Source: an uncultured Clostridia bacterium (GTDB lineage Bacteria; Bacillota; Clostridia; Christensenellales; UBA1750). From it: a DNA stretch of 64,000 nt. A model generated the notes under the pieces. The model did no database searches and was not told the origin of the DNA. It was given only the letters and a program-made list of their open reading frames with translations. The first letter of the stretch is position 1; each line of letters starts with the position of its first letter. Both the position numbers and the translations under genes were made by a program. Location of the stretch: positions 57,229 through 121,228 of the forward strand of contig CALWRM010000015.1 in NCBI GenBank assembly GCA_944383925.1, in the 5' to 3' direction. Shown one piece after another: positions 35,338 to 44,624 of this stretch.

Positions 35338-37197
35338 ATGAGCGAAGAGCAAAAGGGTAGGTCTGCCCAAAAACAGGGGGAGACCTCTAAAAAGAGCGCC
35401 GTCAAGAGCCTAAAAAAGAAGTTGCTTCAGGGCCGCACGGCCGCCAAGGGCGCAAAGGGCCGCAAGCTGCCCGCCGCCAAGGCCGAGGCGCAAAACGAAA
35501 AAATAGAGCAGACCCCCACGACCACCACCAAGGGAAGGCTGAAGGTCATTTTCCTGGGCGGCGTGGAGGAGATCGGCAAGAACATCACCGTGCTGGAGTA
35601 CGCCGAGGACATCGTGATCGTGGACTGCGGCTCCATCTTTCCCAAGGAGGATATGCTGGGCATCGACCTGGTGATCCCGGACGTCACCTATTTGCAGCGC
35701 AACCGCGACAAGATCCGCGGCATCCTGGTCACCCACGGCCACGAGGACCACATCGGCGCCATTCCCTATGTGGTGAAGATGCTGGGCGGCGTGGTGCCCA
35801 TCTACGCCACCAAGCTGACCATGGCCCTGATCGAGCTGAAGCTCAAGGAGCATCGGGCCGTGCAGAACGTGGCCATGCACGTCATCGCCCCGGGACAGCA
35901 CGTCAACCTCGGCTCGGTGTTCCGGGCGGACTTCATCAAGATGAGCCATTCCATCACCGGCGCCGTGGCCATGGCCATTCGCACGCCCATGGGCGTGGTG
36001 GTGGTCACCGGCGACTTCAAGGTGGACTATACCCCCGTGGATGGCGCGCTGATGGACTTCCACACCCTGGCTCGCCTGGGCCAGGAGGGCGTGCTGGCCC
36101 TGCTGATGGACTCCACCAACGTGGAAAGGCCCGGCTTCACCATGAGCGAGCGCAAGGTGGGCGAGACCTTCGACGCCCTGTTTCCCCAGGCCAAGGGCCG
36201 CATCATCATCGCCATGTTCGCCTCCAACGTGCACCGGATTCAGCAGGTGGTGGAGAGCGCCCAGCGCTTCGGCCGCAAGGTTTGCCTGACGGGCCGGTCC
36301 ATGGTCAACGTTTCCACCGTGGCCCGCAACCTGGGCGAGCTGCACATCCCGCCGGAGGTGCTGATCGATATCGACGATCTGGACCGCTATCCCGACGAGG
36401 AGGTGGTGGTCATCACCACCGGCTCCCAGGGCGAGCAGATGAGCGGCCTGACCCGCATGGCCTTCTCCGAGCACCGCAAGCTGGACATCCGCAGCAGCGA
36501 CATGGTGGTGGTTTCCGCAAGCCCGATCCCCGGCAACGAGCTGAGCGTTTCCCGCGTGATCGACCAGCTGTTGCGCAAGGGCGCCCGGGTGATCTACGAA
36601 TCCCTGGCGGAGGTCCATGTTTCCGGCCACGCCTGCCAGGAGGAGCTGAAGCTCATGCACGCCCTGCTGCGGCCCAAGTTCTTCATCCCCGTCCACGGCG
36701 AGTACCGCATGCTCTCCACCCACAAGCGCCTGGCCATGTCCATGGGACTGCCGGAGGAGAACATCCTCATCCCCCGCCTGGGCGACTGCGTGGAGTTTAG
36801 CCGGGATACCATGCGCCTCGGCGCCCAGGTGCCCGCCGGCGCGGTGCTGGTGGACGGCCTTGGCATCGGCGACGTGGGCAACGTGGTGCTGCGCGACCGC
36901 CGCCACCTGGCCCAGGACGGACTGATGGTGGTGGTGGTGAGCGTTTCCGCGGAAAGCCGCAAGATCCTTTCCGGCCCGGACATCATCACCAGGGGCTTTG
37001 TGTACGTGCGCGAAAACGAGGAGCTCATGGAGCAGGCCCGCGCCGTGGCCAAGGAGAGCTTGACCGCCTGCCTGGGCCAGGGCGGGCAGCTGGATTGGAG
37101 CAACCTAAAGGCCAAGCTGCGCGACGACCTGCGCGAGTTCCTCTACCAGAGGACCAAGCGCAGCCCCATGATCCTGCCCGTCGTGATGGAAATCTGA
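35338..37197 (+). CDS. rnj: Ribonuclease J
   Basis: Beta-lactamase/beta-CASP signatures: LKVIFLGGVEEIGKN and VTHGHEDHIGAIPYV. There is an extra Lys/Ala-rich N-terminal extension of about 65 aa. Confidence 0.93.
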   Translation: MSEEQKGRSAQKQGETSKKSAVKSLKKKLLQGRTAAKGAKGRKLPAAKAEAQNEKIEQTPTTTTKGRLKVIFLGGVEEIGKNITVLEYAEDIVIVDCGSIFPKEDMLGIDLVIPDVTYLQRNRDKIRGILVTHGHEDHIGAIPYVVKMLGGVVPIYATKLTMALIELKLKEHRAVQNVAMHVIAPGQHVNLGSVFRADFIKMSHSITGAVAMAIRTPMGVVVVTGDFKVDYTPVDGALMDFHTLARLGQEGVLALLMDSTNVERPGFTMSERKVGETFDALFPQAKGRIIIAMFASNVHRIQQVVESAQRFGRKVCLTGRSMVNVSTVARNLGELHIPPEVLIDIDDLDRYPDEEVVVITTGSQGEQMSGLTRMAFSEHRKLDIRSSDMVVVSASPIPGNELSVSRVIDQLLRKGARVIYESLAEVHVSGHACQEELKLMHALLRPKFFIPVHGEYRMLSTHKRLAMSMGLPEENILIPRLGDCVEFSRDTMRLGAQVPAGAVLVDGLGIGDVGNVVLRDRRHLAQDGLMVVVVSVSAESRKILSGPDIITRGFVYVRENEELMEQARAVAKESLTACLGQGGQLDWSNLKAKLRDDLREFLYQRTKRSPMILPVVMEI

Positions 37198-37296
37198 CAA
37201 AAATCGATTCGCCGCCTTTCCCGCGCGAGAGGACTTTTGCGCGGGAAAGGCGAATTTTGCTTTGTTCAAAACCTTTGTAGGCGAGGAGGCGTCGGC

Positions 37297-37647
37297 GTGA
37301 ACGTATATGATTTGGCCCACCAGCTGGCCGCGGAGATGAAGAAAAGCCCGGAATACCTGGACTATATGCAGGCCAAGGAAAAGGCCATGGAAAACGAAAC
37401 CCAAAAAGCCCTGTTGGACGAATACAAAAGGCTGCAATTTCAGCTGCAGGTGTCCATGGCCGGGGGCGCTTCGCCGGACCCCAAGGAGCTGGAGCGGCTG
37501 CAAAAGCTTGCCGGCGTTTTGCAGATGAGCCAGGAGGCGACGGCCTACATGCTGGCCGAGTTCCGCTATCAACGGATGTTGGCCGAGATCTACAAGATCC
37601 TGGGCGAGGCCGGCGGCGTGGACATGGACCTGCTGACGGGCCAATGA
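37297..37647 (+). CDS. YlbF/YmcA/YheA-family regulatory protein
   Basis: VYDLAHQLAAEMKKSPEYLDYMQAKEKAMENETQKALLDEYKRLQ is the typical helical family pattern. GAGGAGG lies 7 nt upstream of GTG 37297; the ORF is open from 37237. Confidence 0.7.
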   Translation: MNVYDLAHQLAAEMKKSPEYLDYMQAKEKAMENETQKALLDEYKRLQFQLQVSMAGGASPDPKELERLQKLAGVLQMSQEATAYMLAEFRYQRMLAEIYKILGEAGGVDMDLLTGQ

Positions 37648-37723
37648 ACGCCGGGCCGGCCTGGCTCGTTTAGCAAGGGAGAAACAGGCCCCGGAGGGCC
37701 TTGCACGAGGGAGGGGTTATCGG

Positions 37724-38950
37724 ATGCAGGGAGGGGATCGCGGACCTAGGTGGTTCGACGTCCTGTGGCGGGTGCTCAGGCCCGTCGCCATCTTCTTGGC
37801 TGCCTGCCTGCTGGTGGTGGGCGCGCTGTCCACGGCCGTTGTGTATTGCTATGAGAACTTCGTCATGCCCGTGGACGAAAACGACCAGACACTCGTCCCC
37901 ATCACCATCAAGCGCGGATCTTCCATCTCCTCCATCGCCAGGCAGCTCAAGGAGGCGGACCTGATCCGCAACAAGGGCGTGTTTCAATACCTGGCGGACT
38001 TCATGGGCAAGAGCGGCAAGCTCAAGGCCGGCGATTACGAGCTGAGCCGGTCCATGACGCTGACGGAGATCATGGACGTGCTGGAGGAAGGCGACGGCGG
38101 CCAGGAGGTCATGACCTTCCGCATCATCGAGGGCCTTTCCGTGGAGGAGATCGGCGCCTCCTTGGTGGAACAGGGCGTCTTTCAGGACGACAGCCGCTTC
38201 CTGGAGCTGTGCCGCGACGGGGAGAGCTTCCGCAAGGAGTACCCCTTCCTGGAGGAGGTGCTCGATACCCAGGACGACGGCCGCTACTATAAGCTGGAGG
38301 GCTACCTCTTCCCGGATACCTACGAGATCTACGTGGGCTCCTCCGAGGAGACCGTCATCGGCAAGATGCTCACCCGCATGAACGTCATCTACGGCATCCA
38401 GTACATGGACCGGGCCGAGGAGCTGGGCATGACCATGGACGAGGTCATCACCCTGGCTTCCATGATCCAGGAGGAGGGAAAGAGGGATACCTTCTACAAG
38501 GTTTCCGCCGTGTTCCACAACCGCCTGGCGGAGGACATGACCCTTGGCTCGGACGTGACCATCCACTACGCCCTGGGCATCCGCAATCTGGTGCTCACCC
38601 AGAGCCAGCTGGACACCGATTCGCCCTACAACACCTACATCCACACCGGCCTGCCCGTGGGGGCCATCTGCAATCCCGGCGCCGAGGCCATCGACGCGGC
38701 GCTGTATCCGGACGAGGAATACCTGGAGGAGAACTACCTCTACTTCACCCTGACCGATCCGGAAACGGGCGAGCTGTACTTCTCCAAGACGCTGGAGGAG
38801 CACAACGCGGCCGTGGAAGAGTACAGACCCCTTTGGGAGGCGTACGACCAAAGGCTCCAGGAGGCCCAGGCGGAGGAAGAGCAAGAGGAGCAAGAGGAAC
38901 AGGAGGAGCAGGATGTCCAACCAAGCCCAAGCCCAAGCGCGGCCTCCTGA
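37724..38950 (+). CDS. mltG: Endolytic murein transglycosylase MltG (YceG family)
   Basis: TM anchor, LysM-like region, EGYLFPDTYE and SPYNTYIHTGLPVGAICNPG signatures, and an acidic E/Q tail. Confidence 0.9.
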   Translation: MQGGDRGPRWFDVLWRVLRPVAIFLAACLLVVGALSTAVVYCYENFVMPVDENDQTLVPITIKRGSSISSIARQLKEADLIRNKGVFQYLADFMGKSGKLKAGDYELSRSMTLTEIMDVLEEGDGGQEVMTFRIIEGLSVEEIGASLVEQGVFQDDSRFLELCRDGESFRKEYPFLEEVLDTQDDGRYYKLEGYLFPDTYEIYVGSSEETVIGKMLTRMNVIYGIQYMDRAEELGMTMDEVITLASMIQEEGKRDTFYKVSAVFHNRLAEDMTLGSDVTIHYALGIRNLVLTQSQLDTDSPYNTYIHTGLPVGAICNPGAEAIDAALYPDEEYLEENYLYFTLTDPETGELYFSKTLEEHNAAVEEYRPLWEAYDQRLQEAQAEEEQEEQEEQEEQDVQPSPSPSAAS

Positions 38951-40148
38951 GCTGCTGGCCCCGGCGGGCGGCCAGGAGCAGCTGGAAGCGGCCCTTCGCT
39001 TCGGCGCGGACGCCGTCTACGTGGGCGGCCAGCGCTTCGGCCTGCGGGCCTTTGCGGGCAATTTCGACCGTCCCGCCCTGGAACGGGCCGTCCGGACCGC
39101 CCATGGGCTGGGCAGGCGGCTGTATGTGACGGTCAACGCCTTCCTGTATGAACAGGACCTGCAGCCCGTGGCCGCCTACCTGCGGGAGCTGGAGGAGCTG
39201 GGCGTGGACGCGGCCATCGTGTCCGACCCGGCGGCCGTGCTGCTGGCCCGGGAACAGGCGCCCGGCCTGCCGCTGCATCTTTCCACCCAGGCCAACACCC
39301 TCAACTCCCGCGCGGCCGCCTTTTGGCATGGGCAGGGCGTGGAGCGCGTGATCCTGGCCCGGGAGCTGACGATGGAGGATCTTCGCGCCATACGGGCCAA
39401 CACCCCCAAGACCCTGACGCTGGAGGCCTTTGTCCATGGCGCCGTCTGCGCCTCCTACTCGGGCCGCTGCGTGCTGTCCAACTACCTGACCGGCCGGGAT
39501 GCCAACCAGGGCGCCTGCGCCCAGACCTGCCGCTGGAAGTATGCCCTGGTGGAGGAGAAGCGGCCAGGGGAATACCTCCCCATCGTGGAGGATGGCCGAG
39601 GGACCTACCTATATTCCGCCAACGATCTTTGCATGATCGAGCACCTGGCCGAGCTGCTGGAGGCCGGCGTCTCCTCCTTCAAGATCGAGGGCCGCATGAA
39701 GACGGACTACTACGTGGCCACGGTGGTGTCGGCCTACCGCAGGGCCCTGGACGACGCCCTGGCGGGCAAGCCCTTCGATCCCGAGCTGTTGCGGCGGGCG
39801 TGCTATGCCAGCCATAGGCCCTACAGCACCGGCTTTTATTTCACCCGCCGTCCGGACAGCCCGCCGGGCAGCGTGCAGGTCCAGCAGGGGGCCAGCTACC
39901 TGGCCAAGGTGCTGGAGACGTACCCGGACGGCCGAGGGCTGGTGGAGCAGCGCAACAAGTTCCTGGCCGGAGAGCGGCTGCAGCTGTTCGGCCCGGGGGG
40001 CTATGCGGACTTTCTGGCGGAGGACCTGCGCTCCCCGGAGGGCGAGCCCCTGTCCGCCGCGCCCCATCCCAAGCAGCGCCTGACGTTGCCCCTGCCTCCC
40101 CAAGCGCAGGCGGGGGATTACCTGGTGCGCATCAAGGAACAGCCGTAA
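38913..40148 (+). CDS. Peptidase U32 family protein
   Basis: PELLAPAGGQEQLEAALRFGADAVYVGG and EAFVHGAVCASYSGRCVLSNY signatures. The mltG-U32 synteny matches B. subtilis yrrL-yrrNO. The start is uncertain; as called it overlaps mltG by 38 nt. Confidence 0.85.
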   Translation: MSNQAQAQARPPELLAPAGGQEQLEAALRFGADAVYVGGQRFGLRAFAGNFDRPALERAVRTAHGLGRRLYVTVNAFLYEQDLQPVAAYLRELEELGVDAAIVSDPAAVLLAREQAPGLPLHLSTQANTLNSRAAAFWHGQGVERVILARELTMEDLRAIRANTPKTLTLEAFVHGAVCASYSGRCVLSNYLTGRDANQGACAQTCRWKYALVEEKRPGEYLPIVEDGRGTYLYSANDLCMIEHLAELLEAGVSSFKIEGRMKTDYYVATVVSAYRRALDDALAGKPFDPELLRRACYASHRPYSTGFYFTRRPDSPPGSVQVQQGASYLAKVLETYPDGRGLVEQRNKFLAGERLQLFGPGGYADFLAEDLRSPEGEPLSAAPHPKQRLTLPLPPQAQAGDYLVRIKEQP

Positions 40149-40154
40149 AAAGAA

Positions 40155-40189
40155 CGCCCCCGCGAAGGAAGGCATCCTCCGCGGGGGCG
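40155..40189. terminator. Bidirectional hairpin between convergent genes
   Basis: CGCCCCCGCG-15 nt-CGCGGGGGCG. Confidence 0.65.
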
Positions 40190-40205
40190 CTGTCGCTTTG
40201 CCGGT

Positions 40206-40697
40206 CTAGGCAAGGCGCTTGAGCAGTTGAAACTGGGCGTTTTCCCAGTCCTTTGGATCCGTTATGGCCACGACCTGAAAGCCGCACTTGTTGATGTAGA
40301 AGTGGTGGTTGCGGTGGGAGAAGGCGGGGGTCTCCGTTCGCCAGCAGCGGACGGCCGGATAACGGGATTCCACGGCCCGCCAGACCCGCAGGCCCAGGCC
40401 CTGTCCGCGCAGCGCTGGGGAGAGGAACAGGCAGCCGAGAAACCCCTCGCCCGCCGCCTCCCGCAGGAACAGGATGACGCCGCCGGCGATGCGGCCGTCC
40501 AGCTCCACCGTCAGGGCGGTGGCATCCGGGTGTAGAGCCCAGCGGCGGAGAAAGCTTCCGTCGTCGTAGCCTTCCGGCCCGCCCCGACGGCCCAGATGCA
40601 GCAGGCTGTCCTCGTCAAAGGCCTCCCGCTGGATGGCGGAGAGCGCAGGCAGGTCTGCCTCGACGAGGGGCCGAAGGCAGAGCGCGGATTCGTCCAT
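40206..40697 (-). CDS. GNAT-family N-acetyltransferase
   Basis: LFLSPALRGQGLGLRVW acetyl-CoA motif. GAGGAGG lies 9 nt upstream of ATG 40697. The long upstream ORF extension is an artefact. Confidence 0.8.
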   Translation of the reverse strand: MDESALCLRPLVEADLPALSAIQREAFDEDSLLHLGRRGGPEGYDDGSFLRRWALHPDATALTVELDGRIAGGVILFLREAAGEGFLGCLFLSPALRGQGLGLRVWRAVESRYPAVRCWRTETPAFSHRNHHFYINKCGFQVVAITDPKDWENAQFQLLKRLA

Positions 40698-40810
40698 GGT
40701 GCAAAACCTCCTCATCGCATGCCCCTGTCCGCCGCGGCGCCGCAGGGCGCTTCGCGCGCGGCCAGGAAGGTGGCGCGCCTCCCTGAGAGGAGGCACGAAG
40801 GGGTGCGGGC

Positions 40811-41716
40811 CTACCAATCCTTGCGCCAAAGCACGCCCGGATCGATGGTTCCGACGCTGTGGGAGCCGGTGCGGGCCATGGCCACGGAAAGCTGGGCGGT
40901 CAGTTCCTCCACGCCCTGTTCCACGCCCTTGGCGCCGTCCTTTTGCAGATACTCCATGATCTTGCGGCCGACGGACACGGCGGTGGCGCCGAAGGCCAGG
41001 CATTTGAAGGCGTCCATGCCGCTGGACAGGCCGCAATCCACGAAGATGGGCATGCGCTTGCCCACGGCCTGGGCGATCTTGGGAAGCACCATCAGCGGCG
41101 GCACCGCATAGGGCATGATGCCGTGGTGGTGGGAAACCACGATGCCCTTTACGCCAATATCGGCGCACTTGAGGGCGTCCTGCACGCTGAGCACACCCTT
41201 GATGACAAAGGGCAGGGAGGTGCTGCGGACAAAGTCGGCCAGCCGCTGCGCGGACTTGGGCGTCATGGGATAGCCCAGCACGTTGTCATAGCCGCCCTTG
41301 TGTCCGAAGGCATGGTCGATATCGATGCCAACGGCGATGCAGCCGCAGCGCTCCGCGTGGCGGATCTTGTGCAACAGCAGATCTTCGTCCTGGTAGGGCT
41401 TGATGATCTTGATGGTCTTGGCGCCGGTGTCGCAGATGCGGGACAGCTCGTCGTCGTCGCCCATGCCGGACCACATCACGGCCCCGGCCGCGGCGGCGCC
41501 TCGGGCCATCTCCACCATGCCGTCGGGCCAGCAGTTGTTCAGATGGGAAAGGGCCGCCATCATGATCGGGGTGCGGAAGCTGTGTCCATAGAGCTGCAGG
41601 CTGGTGTCCGGCAGATCCGCGTCGATCTGGCGCATCTCCAGGAGAAAGGAATCCAGATACTGCCGCGTGAGCTGGTTGGCATCCGCGGGATTGAAGCGTT
41701 CTTGCGTTTCCGCCAT
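40811..41716 (-). CDS. FMN-dependent alpha-hydroxy-acid dehydrogenase/oxidase family protein
   Basis: TIM-barrel FMN signatures: PFVIKGVLS, GIVVSHHHG, IFVDCGLSSGMDAFKCLAFGATAVSVGR. Confidence 0.75.
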   Translation of the reverse strand: MAETQERFNPADANQLTRQYLDSFLLEMRQIDADLPDTSLQLYGHSFRTPIMMAALSHLNNCWPDGMVEMARGAAAAGAVMWSGMGDDDELSRICDTGAKTIKIIKPYQDEDLLLHKIRHAERCGCIAVGIDIDHAFGHKGGYDNVLGYPMTPKSAQRLADFVRSTSLPFVIKGVLSVQDALKCADIGVKGIVVSHHHGIMPYAVPPLMVLPKIAQAVGKRMPIFVDCGLSSGMDAFKCLAFGATAVSVGRKIMEYLQKDGAKGVEQGVEELTAQLSVAMARTGSHSVGTIDPGVLWRKDW

Positions 41717-41806
41717 ATGCGTAGGGCCCCCTTTTGCGCGTTCATCGCTTGTTTGTATGGATATTGTAAGCCAAGAAAGGCAAAAGGGCAAGCCCAAGGC
41801 CAAGGA

Positions 41807-42250
41807 CTATTCCGACCACTGCTTGGCCAGGATGTCCTTGAGCACCAGCATGGCGTCCAGGGGGCTGTAGCCGGCCTGCGCTTGCAGCCGGGCCAGCAGC
41901 GCGCGCAGGGGCGCCGCATAGTCCTCGATGCAGATCTGCTGGGGATACAGCAACAGCACGGGGTATTTTTTGCCCCAGAGCTTCGTCCAGTCGATCTTCC
42001 GCTGGGTTTCCTCGCTGACCTTGTCGATGGCCTGCTCGATCTCCTGCTGCTCCAGGTCGAACTCGATTAGCTTGTCCAGTGTCAGGCCATACAGGACGGC
42101 CAGACGCTTGGATTGGCGGATGTCCGGCAGCGTTTCGTTCGTTTCCCATTTAGAAATCGTCTGCCGGCTGACGCCCAGCCGTTCAGCCACCTGCTCCTGC
42201 GAAAGGCCGCTCCTCTTTCTGGCATTGGCCAGGTTGTCTCCAAGGTCCAT
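41807..42250 (-). CDS. XRE-family HTH regulator with C-terminal domain of about 80 aa
   Basis: LANARKRSGLSQEQVAERLGVSRQTISKWETNETLPDIRQSKRLAVLYGLTLDKLI. Confidence 0.85.
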   Translation of the reverse strand: MDLGDNLANARKRSGLSQEQVAERLGVSRQTISKWETNETLPDIRQSKRLAVLYGLTLDKLIEFDLEQQEIEQAIDKVSEETQRKIDWTKLWGKKYPVLLLYPQQICIEDYAAPLRALLARLQAQAGYSPLDAMLVLKDILAKQWSE

Positions 42251-42505
42251 GGGATCGCCTCCGTTTCGTTGATTTCGCCAACTTCAGTATAAGGCTGCGG
42301 CGGGCAAAAGGCCAGCAAGCAGGGCGGGCATTTGCGCCCGTTTCCTTGGCAACCGCGCCGCCGGCCCCACGCTGCCTAGGAAACGGCCGGGCCCATCGGT
42401 CCGGCGCGCCAGGGCCGTTTGGGCAAGGGCCCTGCGCCGTCCGGAAAGCGACGGGAAGCCCGCCCCGCTTGCCGGATGGCGAGGGGGGAACCTGCAAGGG
42501 AAAAC

Positions 42506-42534
42506 TTGACAAATGCACAAATTTAACGTATACT
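42506..42534 (+). promoter_or_regulatory. Near-consensus sigma-A promoter of the 42564-45341 operon
   Basis: TTGACA (42506-42511), 17-nt spacer, TATACT (42529-42534). Confidence 0.7.
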
Positions 42535-42563
42535 GAGTTTCTTGATCGAAAGGGGGAGCGGCC

Positions 42564-43184
42564 ATGGCCAGCACCATGATGCATCTGTACGCGGCCAGGG
42601 AGGCAGCCCGTTTGGCTTCCTTCCAGGGCGATGCCGCCCAATACTACCTGGGAGCCATCGCGCCGGACAGCGTGAACGTCGATGGCTTTGCGGACAAGCA
42701 GACCCGTTGGCGCGCCCATCAGCGCCAGGAACACATTCCGGATTGGTACCGCAGCGTGGCCGCCTTCTACAGGCGGTCCGACAGGGGCGACCTGGCCCTT
42801 GGCTACTGCGTGCATTGCATGACGGACGCCGCCTATGACCTGCTCTTCGGCGACCTGGTCTGGGAGGGGCGCAAGGCCAGCGCCCTGGAGGACGTGCACG
42901 GCGTCGGCGTGGGCTGGGATGACTGCTATCGCTTCGACTTTACGCAAAGGGACGCGTCCTGGTGGACGCAGGAGGTGCGGCCCTTGCTGCAAGCCGCCAG
43001 GCCGGCGGGCGTCGGCCCCGTCCCCGCCGAGCTGCTCGGCCGGTTTCAGGCCGAGGTCCTGCAGCGCTATCTACAGGGGCTACGGGCTGGGGACCCCTTG
43101 GTGGTCAGCGCCCACCTGGTGGAGGCGCTGGGCCGGGAGGTCTACCTGCTCTTGCGCGAGCATGGCATCGGCGTGAAGGCCTAA
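42564..43184 (+). CDS. Hypothetical protein, possibly zinc-dependent phospholipase-C-fold
   Basis: MHLYAA...YYLGAIAPDS...HCMTD weakly resembles the H...GAxxPD...H pattern of the Zn-PLC family. Low-confidence assignment. Confidence 0.4.
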   Translation: MASTMMHLYAAREAARLASFQGDAAQYYLGAIAPDSVNVDGFADKQTRWRAHQRQEHIPDWYRSVAAFYRRSDRGDLALGYCVHCMTDAAYDLLFGDLVWEGRKASALEDVHGVGVGWDDCYRFDFTQRDASWWTQEVRPLLQAARPAGVGPVPAELLGRFQAEVLQRYLQGLRAGDPLVVSAHLVEALGREVYLLLREHGIGVKA

Positions 43185-43197
43185 GGAGGCGGCGAAC

Positions 43198-44133
43198 ATG
43201 GATTGGTGGGAACAGATCGACGGCCAGGGGCGCTTTGCCCGGGTGGAGGCGCTGGAGAAGGGCTGGTCCCGGGACCGGAAGTTCATCGTGGACCTGAAGG
43301 ACGGGCAGCGCTGGCTATTGCGGCTCAGCCCCGCAGACCAATGGGAGCGAAAGAAGAAGGAATATGCGGCCATGGAGCGCCTGCCTCAGGACTGCGCGGC
43401 CCTGCTGCCTCGGCCCAAGGGATTTGGCCGCTGCGATGCGGGAATCTACACCCTCCTGAGCTTCGTGCCCGGCCAGGACGCCGAGCCCGCGCTGCGCGGC
43501 CTGACCCCGGCGCAGCAATATGGGCTGGGGCTCCGGGCGGGCCTTGCGCTGCGCCAGCTCCATGCCCTGCCCGCCTTTGCGGATGCAAAGCCCTGGGAGG
43601 CGCGCTTCAACGCCAAGATGGACGCCAAGATACGCGCCTATCGGGACTGCCCCATCCGCTTTCGCGGCGGCGAGCGCCTGGTGGAATACATCCAGGACCA
43701 TCGAACGCTGCTGCGCGGCCGGCCCCAGGGCTTTCAGCACGGAGATTATCACTGCGGGAACATGACCGTCACGCAAGACCTGCGCCTGGGCGTCGTGGAC
43801 TTTAACCGCATGGATTCCGGCGATCCCTGGGAGGAGTTTAACCGCATCGTCTGGTGCGCGGCGGCCAGCCCGGCCTTTGCGGCCGGACGGGTGGACGGCT
43901 ACTTCGACGGCCCCGTGCCGGAAGCGTTCTTCCCCCTCTTGCTGCTGTACATCGCCTCCAACCAGCTTTCCTCTGTGGTGTGGGCCATCCCCTTTGGGGA
44001 AGGCGAGGTGCAGACCATGCTCCGACAGGCCGAACAGCTGAACGCGGCCTACGAAGGCTTTACGCGCACCGTGCCCCTGTGGTACGAACAGGGAAGGAGG
44101 CTGGCCGGATGCGAAGGCGGGACAGGGAATTGA
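43198..44133 (+). CDS. Aminoglycoside/choline-kinase-fold phosphotransferase (APH family)
   Basis: Brenner-like catalytic loop FQHGDYHCGNM followed by VVDFNRMDSGDPWEEF (the HGDxxxxN...D pattern). Confidence 0.8.
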   Translation: MDWWEQIDGQGRFARVEALEKGWSRDRKFIVDLKDGQRWLLRLSPADQWERKKKEYAAMERLPQDCAALLPRPKGFGRCDAGIYTLLSFVPGQDAEPALRGLTPAQQYGLGLRAGLALRQLHALPAFADAKPWEARFNAKMDAKIRAYRDCPIRFRGGERLVEYIQDHRTLLRGRPQGFQHGDYHCGNMTVTQDLRLGVVDFNRMDSGDPWEEFNRIVWCAAASPAFAAGRVDGYFDGPVPEAFFPLLLLYIASNQLSSVVWAIPFGEGEVQTMLRQAEQLNAAYEGFTRTVPLWYEQGRRLAGCEGGTGN

Positions 44134-44609
44134 CGACGGTGGACCAGGCGCTGGGGGTGCTCAAACGGTGCAAGGTCCTGCGCCTGGGCCTGGTGGAGGA
44201 CGGGCTTGCCTATGTGGTGCCCATGAACTTCGGCTTCCAGCTGGAAGAGGGCGGCGCGCTGCGGCTGTATCTGCACAGCGCCCTGCAAGGCCGCAAGCTG
44301 GATCTGCTGCGCCGGGCGGAGAAGGTGAGCTTCGAGATGGACGGCGGGCATCGGCTGCTCGAGGGAAGGGGAGCCTGCGACTTCAGCTACGCCTATGCGT
44401 GCCTGATGGGCCAGGCCAGGCCCGTTTTTCTGGAGGATCTGGAGGAAAAGCGGCGAGGCCTTGCCTGCATCCTGCGTTGCCAGACCGGACGGGAAGATCT
44501 GGAGATCCCGGCCGCCGCGGCGGAAAAGACCCTGGTGCTGCGCCTGGACGTGCTCTGCTGGACGGCCAAGGAAAACCCGCCGCCCGCAAAAGAGGGGCGG
44601 CCGGGCTAG
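44109..44609 (+). CDS. Pyridoxamine-5'-phosphate-oxidase-fold flavoprotein (Nim-like)
   Basis: RELTTVDQALGVLKRCKVLRLGLVEDGLAYVVPMNFGF is typical of the split-barrel FMN-binding family. It overlaps the APH gene by 25 nt. Confidence 0.7.
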   Translation: MRRRDRELTTVDQALGVLKRCKVLRLGLVEDGLAYVVPMNFGFQLEEGGALRLYLHSALQGRKLDLLRRAEKVSFEMDGGHRLLEGRGACDFSYAYACLMGQARPVFLEDLEEKRRGLACILRCQTGREDLEIPAAAAEKTLVLRLDVLCWTAKENPPPAKEGRPG

Positions 44610-44624
44610 AGAAGGAGGGACGCA

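Noticed and set aside
38860-38940. Short tandem repeats here, plus the PT-linker repeats at 10998-11040, considered as possible CRISPR or minisatellite features.
   Set aside because: They are in-frame low-complexity coding repeats of 3-9 bp units with no spacer architecture. No CRISPR-like array exists anywhere in the window.
42251-42505. GC-rich gene-free spacer of 255 bp between the XRE gene and the kinase-operon promoter, considered as a possible sRNA or riboswitch.
   Set aside because: I could find only short (5-bp) hairpins and no recognisable riboswitch core, promoter or terminator pair. The evidence is insufficient to call a feature.
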